NCBI GenBank assembly: GCA_047284725.1
Contig: JBJBEO010000001.1
Coordinates: 1,112,203-1,176,202, forward strand
From: Synechococcus sp.
GTDB lineage: Bacteria > Cyanobacteriota > Cyanobacteriia > PCC-6307 > Cyanobiaceae
Length of the DNA stretch: 64,000 bases
Reading direction: 5' to 3'
Position 1 is the first letter of the stretch. Each line of letters begins with the position of its first letter. Both the position numbers and the translations under genes were made by a program. Below the pieces are notes generated by a model. The model made no database searches, was not told the DNA's origin, and saw only the letters and a program-made list of their open reading frames with translations. Below, one piece after another: positions 10,038 through 21,299 of the stretch.

Positions 10038-10280
10038 ATGAAGGGCTTGCCCCGCGAGAATCAGGTCAAGCTCACGGTCTCTGTGCCGCCGAGCCTTCAT
10101 GTGCTCCTCCGCAGTTGGGCTCAATGTGAGGGGCGGGAGCTCACCAGCGTTGTTCTTCAGTGCGTTGAGCTGTCGGTGCGGCAACTCAAGAGCAACGGCT
10201 CCATCCCTGCAGGAGCCATTCGCAACTATGAGATCGCCTGCGAGGAGCGTCTTGCAGGTAGTGGCATGGGGGGCGCCTGA
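10038..10280 (+). CDS. small ribbon-helix-helix-like protein
   Basis: KLTVSVP strand followed by two helices. Confidence 0.55.
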   Translation: MKGLPRENQVKLTVSVPPSLHVLLRSWAQCEGRELTSVVLQCVELSVRQLKSNGSIPAGAIRNYEIACEERLAGSGMGGA

Positions 10281-10708
10281 TGATCCAGCTGGATGTGATC
10301 GAACAGGCTCTGCTCGCACCCTGCATGGATTCAGTGATCGCTGTGAGCGAGCGCTACCAGTATCTGAGCGAGCACAGGGGCGCTCGCGTGTTCACTGCCT
10401 ATCGCGAGGTGGACCACACCCTCTGCGTCGGATTTGCCAAGGATCTCAATCAGGTTGAGCGTCAGAGCCTTAATTCAAGAGGATTTGTCCTGTTCGGCGA
10501 GCGTGACGGGACCCAGCGGGAGCACCGCCTCCTGTTGATGACATTGAATGAAATCGGTTTCTCCGCCACCTACGGACCTCACTATTTCCTGGCATCCAAA
10601 GATTTGCTCAGGCATCTCAGCAATCTCGGCTGGCCCCTCGGAGGGTTGCAGCGACTGGCGCATCCGTCACGGTGTGCTAAGGATGGCTCGTCCGCGTCCC
10701 CCTCGTGA
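10280..10708 (+). CDS. hypothetical protein
   Basis: TGATG coupling with upstream ORF. Confidence 0.6.
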   Translation: MIQLDVIEQALLAPCMDSVIAVSERYQYLSEHRGARVFTAYREVDHTLCVGFAKDLNQVERQSLNSRGFVLFGERDGTQREHRLLLMTLNEIGFSATYGPHYFLASKDLLRHLSNLGWPLGGLQRLAHPSRCAKDGSSASPS

Positions 10709-10834
10709 TGGTGAGATTGGCGCAGGGGAGATTGCTGGCAGTCGTCCTCGCGTTGTTTGAGCGTCTTTTGCTGCTGATGAGCCGTTCAATCGTGAACCCG
10801 CTCTCGGGGAGCTGATCGCGACGGCAAGGCAATG

Positions 10835-10858
10835 AAAAACCCAGTCAATGACTGGGTT
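10835..10858 (-). terminator. intrinsic terminator downstream of tRNA-Ser
   Basis: AAAAACCCAGTCA-A-TGACTGGGTT inverted repeat with A-tract on + strand. Confidence 0.7.
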
Positions 10859-10895
10859 CGAGATTTGTCCTGGATCTTTCAGGACGTTGTTTCAA

Positions 10896-10980
10896 CGGAG
10901 AGGGTGGGATTCGAACCCACGGAGGCTCGCACCTCGCTGGTTTTCAAGACCAGAGCCATCAACCACTCGACCACCTCTCC
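10896..10980 (-). tRNA. tRNA-Ser(TGA)
   Basis: GGAGAGG acceptor, CTGGT-CTTGAAA-ACCAG anticodon arm, long variable arm, GGTTCGAATCC; no encoded CCA. Confidence 0.96.
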
Positions 10981-11030
10981 ATGGGTGTCGCCTGAAGATC
11001 AGGAGACACCATTTTAGTCCCTGAGGGTCT

Positions 11031-13361
11031 TCAGTTCTCAGGTTTCGCCAGCGGCAGTAGGCATTTGTCGGAATCGCAGCCCGCAGGGCCCGCTTCACTC
11101 AGTTCACCACTGTCATACCGCTGCAATGCATCGAAGAAGTCGTTGTTCACGCGGCGTTTCACCACCTCGGCCTGCATCGTCTCGTAGGTCGAGGCGTCAA
11201 TGGGCTCGAACGGCAGCCTTGGGAAGGTGGCGTTCGCATCAAAGCGAGCCAACAGAGCTGCCGAGATGTACCCCTCGCCGTTTTCGATGGTCTGGTGGAG
11301 GGCATCCGCCAGAGGTTCAATTTCGTGTTCGCGGAACTCGATGGTGGCTGAAGTGTTGTGGGCGGTGTAGTGGGTTTGCACCTGCATATAGAAGTCGAAT
11401 TGCGCCATCGCGGAGAACGCGTTGATGTCGACGGCATCGGCTCCGGGCAGGTTGGCCCAGCTCACCTCGGTTGGAATTTCCACCAGCCACTCCGTGCAAC
11501 GGGGATCGAATGGATCATCCAGAAGGCGACCCTGTTCGTCTTTGTCCGACTGCGATGGCACAACGGTGTAGCCGTAATCCATGCAGGCCATCGCCACCGG
11601 ATCGTTCTTCCGGAAGGTGATGCGTCGGATGAAGCGCTGTGCCTTGGGGGGATGCCATCCGGGTGCTGCGCCGGTGAGCAAGCTCTTGGTTCCAGCCGGT
11701 TGCACCGTGGTGCATCGGTTGGGACGGCGCAAGCCATGACGGTCGCAGTACTCCCAGACCGTCTCGTTGACGATGGTCTTCCATCGGCTCAAGTATTCGG
11801 CTTCCTGGCGCTTGAACTCCCGACCCTCGTCACTGTCGGGGCGTCCTGCTTCCCACCAGTTCAGCCAAGGGGTGCCGAAAGCATGGACAAAGAAATCGAA
11901 CAAGCCTGTGAAACTCACACCCACGATTGGATCCCAGGCTCGGCTTTGTCGATACCGTTCGATCTCAAAGCGATGATTCAGCAAACACGCCACCGATAAG
12001 GCGCCGGCGCGGAAGGCGTCGCGTTGGCCTTCGTCATCAGTGGGATCAATCTGATTGAGATGAATCTCCGCCAGATTGCAGTGGAAATCAGCACCCAGGA
12101 TTTCTCCACAAGGATTGAGGCCGTAGCGGCTGAGGCGGTGCTCGAGCTCAGCGGCATCGATCGGGCCATGGTGCAACTCAAGCCAGCGACCAGCTTCGTC
12201 GCGGCCCTGATCGCAGTAGATATCGATGAATTCCTTGCGAAGTTCAGGCGTGGTGAGCAGATCAGCGTTGGAGCGGGCCAGGGCTTCGGGTGCGAACTGA
12301 ATGGCCCCCTCACCTGAATGGAATTGTTTGGTCACCGCCTGCAGCAACACCTCTTTGCTCGGCCGTGTGTGATAGACGCGTGTGTGGTTCGCCATCCTCA
12401 GGGCATCCCTTTCAGGATCGATCCTCCAGTTGCCCTCGCTGTCTTGCTGCCAGAGGTTGTCTTTGGCGGAAGCCGCTTCCTGATCGTCGGCCGCGAACTG
12501 GCGCATGCCGGCACTGCGGCGAATGTTGCCAGCGACAATCGTCACGGCGGCCTCGTCGATCAGCAGGCAGCATTCAATCGACGTGAGTCGACGGCCGATC
12601 GCTTTACCAAGCAAACGGGCCACCCGCCCGTAGAGATCCTTCAGCTTGACGGGATTGGCCATGCCGCCGAACCCCTTCAGCGTTTCACCAACCGGGCGTA
12701 CATCGGAGAGATCGACGCTCACCTGAACGGTCTGACCGTTAAAACGCTCATCGCTGCAAAGTTCAAGGATGAGCTGGTAGCTATCAACCCAGCCACGACG
12801 CGTATCACCCACCTTGATGGAGACGTGGTTGCCGTCGACGCTGTGCGTGGTGACCTCCTGACGCTTGCCAGCTTGGGTGACGCCGATGTCGCTGACCGCA
12901 AGGATTTCGATCGGGTTGCGAACGATGGGCAGCCTGTCGATCAAGCGCGGCTCGATGATTGCGCCGGTGCCGCAACCCATCATCGCCAGGTCCATCATCA
13001 GACCGAAGGCTTCCCAGTCGATCAGATTGGTGGATGTGCAGTTGTAGGCACCGGAAAAGTTGACCTGCTGCTCGATCCAGGGAGTCCCGCCGATCCAGAG
13101 CCACCGACCCGATGGCAGAGCCTTTTTCTCGGCTTGCATGCGGGCCATCAATGCGACGTCCTCATCGCTGAGGTCGCCAAGGCGATGCAGACCGGCGAGG
13201 TTGCGTTGACCCACCTGATCCCAGCTCTCTCGACCCGTTGAGGTCTTACGGCTGTAGGTCCGATAAAAGACGGGGTTCGCTGCAGGGGCAGTCGCAGGGA
13301 AGTCACCGTTGGCCAGAGCGAGCTCTTTGGCGTCCGCCGGACGGCTTGGGGTCAGAGTCAC
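11031..13361 (-). CDS. nrdJ: class II (B12-dependent) ribonucleotide reductase
   Basis: PSGRWLW, YNC, GNIRRSA, NPCGEI, TTVQPAGT, C-terminal CDSDKC. Confidence 0.95.
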   Translation of the reverse strand: MTLTPSRPADAKELALANGDFPATAPAANPVFYRTYSRKTSTGRESWDQVGQRNLAGLHRLGDLSDEDVALMARMQAEKKALPSGRWLWIGGTPWIEQQVNFSGAYNCTSTNLIDWEAFGLMMDLAMMGCGTGAIIEPRLIDRLPIVRNPIEILAVSDIGVTQAGKRQEVTTHSVDGNHVSIKVGDTRRGWVDSYQLILELCSDERFNGQTVQVSVDLSDVRPVGETLKGFGGMANPVKLKDLYGRVARLLGKAIGRRLTSIECCLLIDEAAVTIVAGNIRRSAGMRQFAADDQEAASAKDNLWQQDSEGNWRIDPERDALRMANHTRVYHTRPSKEVLLQAVTKQFHSGEGAIQFAPEALARSNADLLTTPELRKEFIDIYCDQGRDEAGRWLELHHGPIDAAELEHRLSRYGLNPCGEILGADFHCNLAEIHLNQIDPTDDEGQRDAFRAGALSVACLLNHRFEIERYRQSRAWDPIVGVSFTGLFDFFVHAFGTPWLNWWEAGRPDSDEGREFKRQEAEYLSRWKTIVNETVWEYCDRHGLRRPNRCTTVQPAGTKSLLTGAAPGWHPPKAQRFIRRITFRKNDPVAMACMDYGYTVVPSQSDKDEQGRLLDDPFDPRCTEWLVEIPTEVSWANLPGADAVDINAFSAMAQFDFYMQVQTHYTAHNTSATIEFREHEIEPLADALHQTIENGEGYISAALLARFDANATFPRLPFEPIDASTYETMQAEVVKRRVNNDFFDALQRYDSGELSEAGPAGCDSDKCLLPLAKPEN

Positions 13362-13661
13362 TGGAGGGGGTCTAACGATCGTTTTGGCACCCTAACTCCA
13401 CCACTGGGGTCTGCAAGTGATCGTCGCCACTATTGGCAGTGCATCGGCTGCGAGTGGTTGACGGCTGGAGCATCCCTGCCGCTGCTCTCGCAGGCCCTGC
13501 GGATGGTGCTGGCGTTCACATCGCCCCCACGCTTTGGCCGATGATGAGGAGCACAGCCCCGATGTCCGCAAGAAGTGCCTGAAGCGCGGATGGGTGAAGA
13601 GTGGCTTGAACGTCTCTTCCTGACTCGCTCTTCCTGACTCCCAAACTCAATCGTCAAAACG

Positions 13662-14372
13662 ATGATGCAGCGCATTCCTGAGCCTGAGTTGATGGAGTCG
13701 GCGCCGCAGGTGTCTGCCTATGCCTCCGCAAACTTCAGTGAGACGGACGCATCGGTGTTGACTCGGCTGGCAGCGCTTGTCCGGCAGTTCGGCTTAGAGC
13801 CAACCGAGGACGATGTGTTGGTGGATCTGGGTTGTGGACCTGGCAACATTTCAGAGCGATTGCATCGACGCTGGCCGATGTGCCAGGTCATCGGTCTGGA
13901 TGGTGCGGACGCCATGCTTGGGGCTGCTCGTTCCCGTCAGGCCGACTTGGCTGGCTCTGACGCCCACCTGCAGTATCGACGGGCTGGACTGGCCGAGCTG
14001 GCCATGCATGGTTGGCGCGCTGTGGCTGATGTGGGCGGAGCCGAGGCGGCACTGGTGATCAGCAACAGCCTGCTGCACCATCTTCACAACCCCCACCAGC
14101 TGTGGCAAGCCATGCTCAAGCTGTCCAGGCCTGGAGCGGTGGTGATGCATCGCGACCTGCGCCGTCCCGCCAGTGCTCAGGAGGCTCTCGCCCTGCGGGA
14201 GCGTTATCTGCCTCAGGCCCCTGACGTGCTGCGTCGTGACTATCTGGCGTCGCTGCATGCAGCCTTCACTGTGGAGGAGGTCAGGGCTCAGTTGGATCAG
14301 CTTGGCCTCAGCGCCCTGCGGGTTGAGGCGGTGGCAGACCGTTATCTCGAGGTGACAGGGCGCTTGGATTGA
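13662..14372 (+). CDS. class I SAM-dependent methyltransferase
   Basis: VDLGCGPG, SNSLLHHL, DLRRP. Confidence 0.88.
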   Translation: MMQRIPEPELMESAPQVSAYASANFSETDASVLTRLAALVRQFGLEPTEDDVLVDLGCGPGNISERLHRRWPMCQVIGLDGADAMLGAARSRQADLAGSDAHLQYRRAGLAELAMHGWRAVADVGGAEAALVISNSLLHHLHNPHQLWQAMLKLSRPGAVVMHRDLRRPASAQEALALRERYLPQAPDVLRRDYLASLHAAFTVEEVRAQLDQLGLSALRVEAVADRYLEVTGRLD

Positions 14373-14423
14373 TCGGTCCGGTCGGCCCTCGGGCTGGCAG
14401 GCTGGCACGATCGTCCGAGGAGA

Positions 14424-16088
14424 TTGAGTCCGGTGTCCGCCAACGTGAACAACGCTTCGAAGCCCGAAGCCGCCTCGCTGGAGGACCTGGCAGAGGCCGT
14501 GGATCGGCGCCGGAATTTCGCGATCATTTCCCACCCTGACGCCGGCAAGACGACGCTGACTGAAAAACTTCTGCTTTATGGGGGTGCCATTCAGCAGGCG
14601 GGTGCCGTCAAGGCGCGTGGAGAACAAAGGAAAGTGACATCTGACTGGATGGAGCTTGAAAAGCAGCGCGGCATTTCGATCACCTCCACCGTTCTTCAAT
14701 TCGACTACGGCCCCAACATCATCAACCTGCTGGACACGCCTGGTCACCAGGACTTTTCCGAGGACACCTACAGAACACTGGCGGCCGCTGATAACGCGGT
14801 GATGCTCGAAGATGCGGCCAAGGGTCTTGAACCACAGACCCGCAAATTGTTCGAGGTTTGTCGCATGAGACAGATCCCGATCTTCACCTTCATCAACAAA
14901 ATGGATCGCCCCGGCCGCGATCCCCTCAGCTTGCTTGATGAGATCGAATCGGAACTCAAGCTGACTCCCTGGGCTGTGAATTGGCCGATCGGAAGCGGTG
15001 AGCAGTTCCGTGGTGTGATTGATCGTCGAAGTCGCCTCGTGATTCTGTTCAGTCGCGCCGAGCGGGGGCGTCAGTCGGAGGAGCTGGAGCTGGAGCTGGC
15101 TGATCCCAGGCTTGCAGACCTCGTAGAGGCCGATCTGCTTGAGCAGGCGGTGGAAGAGCTGGAGCTGCTGGAAGCGGCAGGCGCTGAACTCGACCTGGAG
15201 ATGGTGCATGCCGGTGAACTGACGCCCGTGTTCTTCGGTTCAGCCATGACCAACTTTGGAGTGCGTCCCTTTCTGGACGCTTTTCTGGAGATGGCGCAGC
15301 GTCCGATTGCTCGCAGTGGTAGTGATGGACTCATCGATCCCCTCAGGCCCGAGTTCAGTGGATTTGTGTTCAAACTTCAGGCCAACATGGATCCTCGCCA
15401 TCGCGACCGAGTGGCGTTCGTGCGGGTGTGCAGTGGTCGGTTCGAAAAAGATATGAGCGTGCGCCATGCCCGCACAGGGAAGTCGATTCGCTTGTCCAGA
15501 CCGCAAAAACTGTTTGGCCAGGACCGTGCGGTGGTCGAAGATGCGTATCCAGGCGATGTCATTGGTCTCAATAACCCTGGAATGTTCGCGATTGGAGACA
15601 CGCTCTACACAGGATCCAAGGTGGAATTCGAGGGCATTCCCTGTTTCAGTCCGGAGATCTTCAGCTGGTTACGCAACCCCAACCCTTCGGCCTTCAAAAA
15701 CTTCCGGAAGGGCGTGAATGAGCTCCGTGAGGAAGGCGCTGTACAGATCCTCTATGACACCGATCAAAGTCGGCGTGATCCCATCCTCGCGGCGGTAGGC
15801 CAGCTTCAGCTGGAAGTGGTTCAGCACCGCCTTGAGAACGAATATGGCGTTGAAACCCGTCTGGAGCCGATGGGCTACCAGGTGGCGCGTTGGGTGGATG
15901 GTGGCTGGCCAGCCCTGGAACAAATCGGTCGCATCTTCAACTGCAAAACCGTGCAAGACGCCTGGCAGCGACCTGTTTTGCTGTTCAAGAACACCTGGAA
16001 TCTCAATCAGTTGATCGAGGAGCATGCCGACCTGGAGCTGAGTGCGGTGGCGCCGGTTGTGAGTGGCGTGGAACCGATCAGTCTTTGA
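14424..16088 (+). CDS. prfC: peptide chain release factor 3
   Basis: [22 protein letters not shown]. Confidence 0.97.
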   Translation: MSPVSANVNNASKPEAASLEDLAEAVDRRRNFAIISHPDAGKTTLTEKLLLYGGAIQQAGAVKARGEQRKVTSDWMELEKQRGISITSTVLQFDYGPNIINLLDTPGHQDFSEDTYRTLAAADNAVMLEDAAKGLEPQTRKLFEVCRMRQIPIFTFINKMDRPGRDPLSLLDEIESELKLTPWAVNWPIGSGEQFRGVIDRRSRLVILFSRAERGRQSEELELELADPRLADLVEADLLEQAVEELELLEAAGAELDLEMVHAGELTPVFFGSAMTNFGVRPFLDAFLEMAQRPIARSGSDGLIDPLRPEFSGFVFKLQANMDPRHRDRVAFVRVCSGRFEKDMSVRHARTGKSIRLSRPQKLFGQDRAVVEDAYPGDVIGLNNPGMFAIGDTLYTGSKVEFEGIPCFSPEIFSWLRNPNPSAFKNFRKGVNELREEGAVQILYDTDQSRRDPILAAVGQLQLEVVQHRLENEYGVETRLEPMGYQVARWVDGGWPALEQIGRIFNCKTVQDAWQRPVLLFKNTWNLNQLIEEHADLELSAVAPVVSGVEPISL

Positions 16089-16148
16089 ACGCGGGGCTCG
16101 CGGTCTGCTGATCGTCTCGCCAGACTTTTTTAAATCCATAAGACCGCG

Positions 16149-16373
16149 ATGGTGACCACCATCTGGTTACACCGTCCTAGTGATGACGGCGGCACCGATT
16201 ACGTCTGCTTTCGCAATGTTCAGGGAGGTGTCGAGATTCTCGAGGGCTATCACCTTCCTCCCCAGATGCCCTTGATCAAGACCCGCCTTTCGCTGGGCGT
16301 CTCGCAGGCCCAGAAGCGGCGCGCCCACTTGGAGGAGTGCCTCGGTTATCGCCATGGCCCTGCCGTGTTTTGA
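16149..16373 (+). CDS. small hypothetical protein
   Basis: 74-aa ORF filling intergenic gap. Confidence 0.6.
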   Translation: MVTTIWLHRPSDDGGTDYVCFRNVQGGVEILEGYHLPPQMPLIKTRLSLGVSQAQKRRAHLEECLGYRHGPAVF

Positions 16374-16459
16374 GACTGGCCGCTTTGCATCGAGCTTGTG
16401 CATCGGTTCGCCGCCTCGGCAACTGAATCGATACGCTGCTATCAGCGCAGGTTGGTGTT

Positions 16460-17149
16460 ATGGCTTCCGGGGTTGATTCCGGTTCTGATCCCGGTTCACA
16501 GGACCCATACGCAAAGTTAGGAATCTCTGCCGACAGCGGTTTTGAGGACGTTCAGCGGGCCAAGGCTGCGGCCTTGACGTCAGCGGGCGATGACCCCCAA
16601 GCCAGGGCCAAGGTTGAGGCGGCTTACGACGCCGTTCTGATGGCGCGCCTGAGAGATCGACAGTCCGGGAAGGTGAGCATGGCTGCCGCCAATGCATCGG
16701 CTCGGGAACAACAGGGCGCGACGCAGGTGGCCGGGAGTGCGGACGATTCGGGTGTGTTGACGCGCCTGCGTCAGTTGTCTCTTCCCACGCCATCGATTTC
16801 CACGGCGGGATGGATGCCCGACCTGAGACTGGTGGAAGGTCAGGATCTGTTGGTGCGTGCCGGGGTTGGTGTTGTCGGACTTCTGCTTCTGATGGCCACC
16901 ACCGGCACCGCTGATCTGGTGTTGTCCCTGGCCACGATCGGCTTGTTCATCAGCCAGGTGCGTCGAGGCCGACGACCGTTGGCCTCGCTGGGGTGGAGCT
17001 TGCTTCTGCTCGCTGTTGGTCTTGCTGTTGGAGCCCTGCTTCTCAGTGCGATGGGTGCAGGCACCGCCACCTTGCCTGTGGCCCCTGATCAGGTGCAGGC
17101 GCTTCCGGCATTTCTCCTCATGCTTGCGGGTGCCTTGCTGCTGGCCTAG
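16460..17149 (+). CDS. CPP1-like (J-like, DUF3353) membrane protein
   Basis: [19 protein letters not shown]-terminal TMs. Confidence 0.85.
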   Translation: MASGVDSGSDPGSQDPYAKLGISADSGFEDVQRAKAAALTSAGDDPQARAKVEAAYDAVLMARLRDRQSGKVSMAAANASAREQQGATQVAGSADDSGVLTRLRQLSLPTPSISTAGWMPDLRLVEGQDLLVRAGVGVVGLLLLMATTGTADLVLSLATIGLFISQVRRGRRPLASLGWSLLLLAVGLAVGALLLSAMGAGTATLPVAPDQVQALPAFLLMLAGALLLA

Positions 17150-18051
17150 GCGGCCTTGATCAGTTCCTCCAGGCTTGCCGCATCCACCTTGTACACCTCA
17201 CTGCAGAAGTGACAGGTGAGTTCAGCGCCTCCATCGTCTTCAAGCATGGAGGTGAGTTCCTCAGCGCCCAGGAGCTGCAGTGCTCCAAGGCTTCGCTCAA
17301 AGCTGCAGGGGCAGTGAAAGCGGATCGGTTGGCTCGGTTCTCCGGCTGGAATCGGCTGGGGGTCGAGATCAGGGAACACCTGCTTGAGCAGGTCTTCAAG
17401 GTTGTTTTCACAGGCGGCAAGCAATCCGCTGAAGTTGTCGATCTCACGGCAGCGTTCCTCCAGCAGTGCCACCAGGGCTGGCTCTTCGGCTGCTTTCGGA
17501 AGCACCTGCACCAGGAGTGCACCACTGCTTTGCAGCCCGTCGCTGTTGATCTGTTCGCCGACAAACACCGCTGAAGGGGTCTGCTCCGAATGGAGCAGGT
17601 AGGAGGCCACGTCCTCGCCGATCCCGCCGCGCACCAGCTCCACTGTGCTGCTGAAAGGCTCCCCTTTGCCTTCATCCCGCACCACGTGCAGATAGCCCGT
17701 CCCCGCAGCTGCGGCGAAGTCGAAGCCGTAATGCCCCTGTTCATCGGCGACGGGATCGAGTTCCAGTGCCGGGTTGCCCACATAACCACGCACGGTGCCG
17801 TTGCGGCCTGCATCCACGGAAAGTCCGCGCAGGGGACCGTCTGAACCAAAGCGAAGATTCACCCGGCCATGGCTCACTTTCATCGAGCTCGCCAGCAGAA
17901 GGCCCGCCCCCATGGCCCGACCCAGCATCACCGTGGTGAGGTACGACATGCCATGGCGTCTCTGGGCCTCTCGGGTGGCCTCCGTGGTGGTCACGGCCAC
18001 CAGACGAATACCGCCCCCGGCTGCAGTGGCCCGGACGAGGCGGTCACGCAT
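17146..18051 (-). CDS. hslO: Hsp33 redox chaperone
   Basis: SEQTPS, CPCS, CHFC. Confidence 0.95.
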   Translation of the reverse strand: MRDRLVRATAAGGGIRLVAVTTTEATREAQRRHGMSYLTTVMLGRAMGAGLLLASSMKVSHGRVNLRFGSDGPLRGLSVDAGRNGTVRGYVGNPALELDPVADEQGHYGFDFAAAAGTGYLHVVRDEGKGEPFSSTVELVRGGIGEDVASYLLHSEQTPSAVFVGEQINSDGLQSSGALLVQVLPKAAEEPALVALLEERCREIDNFSGLLAACENNLEDLLKQVFPDLDPQPIPAGEPSQPIRFHCPCSFERSLGALQLLGAEELTSMLEDDGGAELTCHFCSEVYKVDAASLEELIKAA

Positions 18052-18056
18052 GGATC

Positions 18057-18704
18057 TCAATCAGCTGGGGCCAATGGTGACAGAGCACGGAGTCGTCCTC
18101 CCTGCAATTTCCATTCTTCGCATGCCCAGCGATGGAACAGATCCGGCTCATGGGTCACCACGATCAGCACTTTGTCCTTGGCGAGATCCTGAAGAAGTGA
18201 GAGCACGTCATCCCGCACGGACCAATCCAGTCCGGCTGTGGGTTCGTCGAGCAGCAGCACATCAGGCTCCCGCAGGAGTTGAACCGCCAGCGCCAGGCGT
18301 CGTTGCTGCCCACCGCTGAGACGTTCAGGTGCTTGCTTGAGATCGATGGCGTGGAGGCCAACCCGTCGCAGAACCTGGTGGATGCGTTCCGTGCTCAGCC
18401 GTCGGTGGCCGAGTTTGAGCTCCTGGATCACGCTCAAGCCGAGGAAATGGCGTTCCGGAAACTGGAACAGCACCCCACACAGCCAGCGTCGCTGACGTCG
18501 TGTCAGTCGCGCACCATGCCAGTGCACTGAGCCATCCTGTTCGCCGGCAAGGCCACTGATCACTTCGATCAGACTGGTTTTACCGCTGCCGCTGGCCCCC
18601 GAAATCAGCATGGGGCGACCAACGCCAATCCGGAGATTGATGCTCTCCAGGATGGGGTGCTCGGTGGTGGCCGGCTGATAACGCAGGTTGATCAGTTCAA
18701 GCAT
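18057..18704 (-). CDS. ABC transporter ATP-binding protein
   Basis: [20 protein letters not shown]. Confidence 0.92.
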   Translation of the reverse strand: MLELINLRYQPATTEHPILESINLRIGVGRPMLISGASGSGKTSLIEVISGLAGEQDGSVHWHGARLTRRQRRWLCGVLFQFPERHFLGLSVIQELKLGHRRLSTERIHQVLRRVGLHAIDLKQAPERLSGGQQRRLALAVQLLREPDVLLLDEPTAGLDWSVRDDVLSLLQDLAKDKVLIVVTHEPDLFHRWACEEWKLQGGRLRALSPLAPAD

Positions 18705-18799
18705 CAGGTGCTGTCTGAGCCGTGGGCAGCGATCGTGTCGCCACAGCTTGACCGATCCGTGCACCTCTGCAGCGATGATGAGGTGGGAAGTGCAAAAGC

Positions 18800-19249
18800 A
18801 TGAACGTTCGTTTTCGAGACGTTGATCCGTTTAACTGTTGGTTATGGCTGCGATTCGCAGAGGTGCCCAGTCAGGGGGAACGGAATTACGTGGATGGCGT
18901 CTTTGACAGCTGGTATGTGTTGGGCCGGCTCGGTGCCTTCAATGCCGAAAACCTCCAGAGTCATGAGGAAGGCGATGAGCTCAGCTGGATGAGTTACGAC
19001 AATGAGGAGGCAGCGGCAGCCATGCCTGCCTTGATGCACAACATGGGCCAGCTTGAATACAACGAGCAGTGGGGCCGTTGCTGGGTGGATCTGGGGACCA
19101 GTGATGCCCTCGCCCTCGATGTCCTGATCAATGCCTTGCGCCAGCTCGACAGTGATGTGGTGCAGCTGGAGGAAGTGTTGGTGGGTGGTGAAAACGAGGA
19201 TTGGCCCGTCGAGGAGCATCCGGACAGCGTGTTCCCTTCCATGAACTGA
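18800..19249 (+). CDS. DUF3531 family protein
   Basis: FRDVDPFNCW, WVDLGTSD motifs. Confidence 0.8.
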   Translation: MNVRFRDVDPFNCWLWLRFAEVPSQGERNYVDGVFDSWYVLGRLGAFNAENLQSHEEGDELSWMSYDNEEAAAAMPALMHNMGQLEYNEQWGRCWVDLGTSDALALDVLINALRQLDSDVVQLEEVLVGGENEDWPVEEHPDSVFPSMN

Positions 19250-19255
19250 AGCCCG

Positions 19256-20017
19256 ATGGCGGAACTGCGGCGCCTGTTGATCGCCCCGGATCGCCTGGAG
19301 CATGGTGGTGGCGCGCTTGCTCTGCAGCCGAAGGAACAGCATTACCTCAGGCGGGTCCTGAGGCTCCGTCCTGGCGATCCCTGTGCTGTGGTGGATGGCG
19401 TCGGCCACCTCTGGACTGCTGAACTGATCGATGGACAACGTCTCGCCTTCCCCCGCGGGGTGGATCACCCCTGCCTGGTGACGCCACCGCCAACCCCCCG
19501 CTTGGGATTGGCGGTGGTTGGTGTTCGGCGGGGAATGGATGCGCTGATGCGCATGGCTTGCGAGCTCGGGATTGACTGCATTCAGCCCCTCACCTCCGAA
19601 TGGCGCACCCCTCAGGCTGACGATCGCCCTGAACGTTGGCAAACAATTGTTGATGAAGCCGTTGAGCAGTGTGAGCGGCTCTGGACGCCAGCGTTGCGGC
19701 CGACCATGGAGGTGAAGGCCTGGTGGGCGTCGATGCCCGACACCAGTGCCTGTGCCGTTGCCACGACCCGCCAGGAGGGGATCTTGCATCTCACCGAGTG
19801 GCTGAGCGGGCTTGATCGCACCATGGGGGGTGAAGCCCCTGAACAGGTCTGGATCACGATCGGACCTGAAGCGGGATGGAGCGTCCGCGAACAGGAGGAG
19901 GCCCTGGGTTCAGGCTTCAGTGCCGTTCAACTGGGAGCGTCGATCCTGCGGACCTCCACAGCTGCTGTCAGCGCCGCCACCTTGATGACGACCTGGCGGG
20001 ACGCCAAGTCGTCTTGA
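19256..20017 (+). CDS. rsmE: 16S rRNA m3U1498 methyltransferase
   Basis: HYLRRVLRL, EQCER, IGPEAGWS, ILRTSTA. Confidence 0.92.
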   Translation: MAELRRLLIAPDRLEHGGGALALQPKEQHYLRRVLRLRPGDPCAVVDGVGHLWTAELIDGQRLAFPRGVDHPCLVTPPPTPRLGLAVVGVRRGMDALMRMACELGIDCIQPLTSEWRTPQADDRPERWQTIVDEAVEQCERLWTPALRPTMEVKAWWASMPDTSACAVATTRQEGILHLTEWLSGLDRTMGGEAPEQVWITIGPEAGWSVREQEEALGSGFSAVQLGASILRTSTAAVSAATLMTTWRDAKSS

Positions 20018-20034
20018 TCACGCGATTCGACCGA

Positions 20035-20460
20035 TCAGAGGCTGTTTTCTCGGCCGGTGGAGGAACTCTTGAACAACTCGGAGGCCATGGAGCGGAAGCC
20101 CTTCAGATTGGCGCCCTGACGGCGACGCTGGGGGCGCAGGCCGTTGCCAGGCTGCAGCGCATTGGGCGCGTAGGTGGTCATGGTCACCGCAGGGCGTGCG
20201 GATTGCGCTGCGGCGAGTTCGGCTGCGATCGCCTCAGCCGTGGTCAGCGAGGGGCCCTTGGCCTTGGGCTTGTCGACTGCCTGGGGGGCCGGAGCCTCAG
20301 CAGGCGTTGGCTTAACCGCTTCAGCGGCTGGGGGGGTCTTGGCTGTCTTGGTCTCCTCAACGGCTTCGGTCCGCACCGGGGCGACCGTCACGGCAGGGGT
20401 GCTGGGGGGGGTGGAGTCCTGCTCCAACTCAAGGAAGAAGCCCTTCTTGTTGAACAGCAT
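20035..20460 (-). CDS. hypothetical Pro/Ala-rich protein
   Basis: N-term FFLEL, C-term RRRQGANLKGFRSMA. Confidence 0.7.
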   Translation of the reverse strand: MLFNKKGFFLELEQDSTPPSTPAVTVAPVRTEAVEETKTAKTPPAAEAVKPTPAEAPAPQAVDKPKAKGPSLTTAEAIAAELAAAQSARPAVTMTTYAPNALQPGNGLRPQRRRQGANLKGFRSMASELFKSSSTGRENSL

Positions 20461-20519
20461 GCCCGGATCCCAACAATGACCTGGGCTGATTATCCGTTGC
20501 CCGCGTCCCCCCTCGGTGG

Positions 20520-21299
20520 ATGCTTAGGGCAGTGCAACACTGGCTGATGCTCTTTCCTGCTTCCGATCCGCTGGTCTGGGCTGGGGCATTCGCGCTCAAC
20601 GGGGTCTTGATCGCCCTGGCTCAGCGGCTGCCGCTCCTGACGCGCTCCGGTTGGTGTCATGCCGGAATCCTGGGCACGATCCTCTGGGGATGTCTGGGTT
20701 GGCAGGGGTGGCTGATGGTGGTCAGCTATCTCGCCCTCGGCTCGCTCGTCACCCGGCTTGGCTTGAAGCGCAAGCAATCCCAGGGTCTGGCGGAGGCCAG
20801 AGGTGGCAGGCGCAGTCCAGCCAATGTCTGGGGATCAGCAGCGGTTGGCACCGTGCTGGCCTTGCTGGTGGGAGCTGGCGTGGGTGCTCGCGCTCTTTTG
20901 CTCCTGGGGTTTGCCGCCAGCTTCGCCGCCAAGCTGGCTGACACCTTTGGCAGTGAAATCGGTAAACGCTGGGGACGCACCACGGTGCTGATCACCACAT
21001 TGCGGCATGTGCCCCCAGGCACCGAGGGGGCGATCAGCCTGGAAGGAACGTTGGCCAGTGCCGCCGGCAGCGCTTTGATGACCCTGATCGCCGTCCTTCT
21101 GGGCCTTGTGCCACTGACTCGTGTCGTCTGGCTGGTGGTGATTGTCGGCCTCCTGGCCACGCTGTTGGAGAGCGTGATCGGTGCCGTGGCACAGCGGCGT
21201 TTGCCTTGGCTCAGCAACGAGCTGGTTAACGCCATCCAAACGGTGATTGCGGCAGGGCTGGCCATGGTGGCGGCGGCCCGATTTCAGCTGGTGCTCTGA
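20520..21299 (+). CDS. DUF92/TIGR00297 membrane protein
   Basis: NVWGSA, ADTFGSEIG, GTEGAISLEGT. Confidence 0.9.
   Translation: MLRAVQHWLMLFPASDPLVWAGAFALNGVLIALAQRLPLLTRSGWCHAGILGTILWGCLGWQGWLMVVSYLALGSLVTRLGLKRKQSQGLAEARGGRRSPANVWGSAAVGTVLALLVGAGVGARALLLLGFAASFAAKLADTFGSEIGKRWGRTTVLITTLRHVPPGTEGAISLEGTLASAAGSALMTLIAVLLGLVPLTRVVWLVVIVGLLATLLESVIGAVAQRRLPWLSNELVNAIQTVIAAGLAMVAAARFQLVL

Noticed and set aside
10896..10980. tRNA-Ser as attB of an integrated element
   Set aside because: No duplicated tRNA 3' end or nearby integrase seen by eye.
11031..13361. Intein or intron in nrdJ
   Set aside because: Continuous 776-aa frame with no splice-junction or homing endonuclease motifs.
13362..13661. 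Cobalamin riboswitch or NrdR box upstream of nrdJ
   Set aside because: No recognisable consensus; an Rfam scan would be needed.
13851..15209. 452-aa minus-strand ORF
   Set aside because: Antisense shadow of prfC and the methyltransferase in GC-rich DNA.
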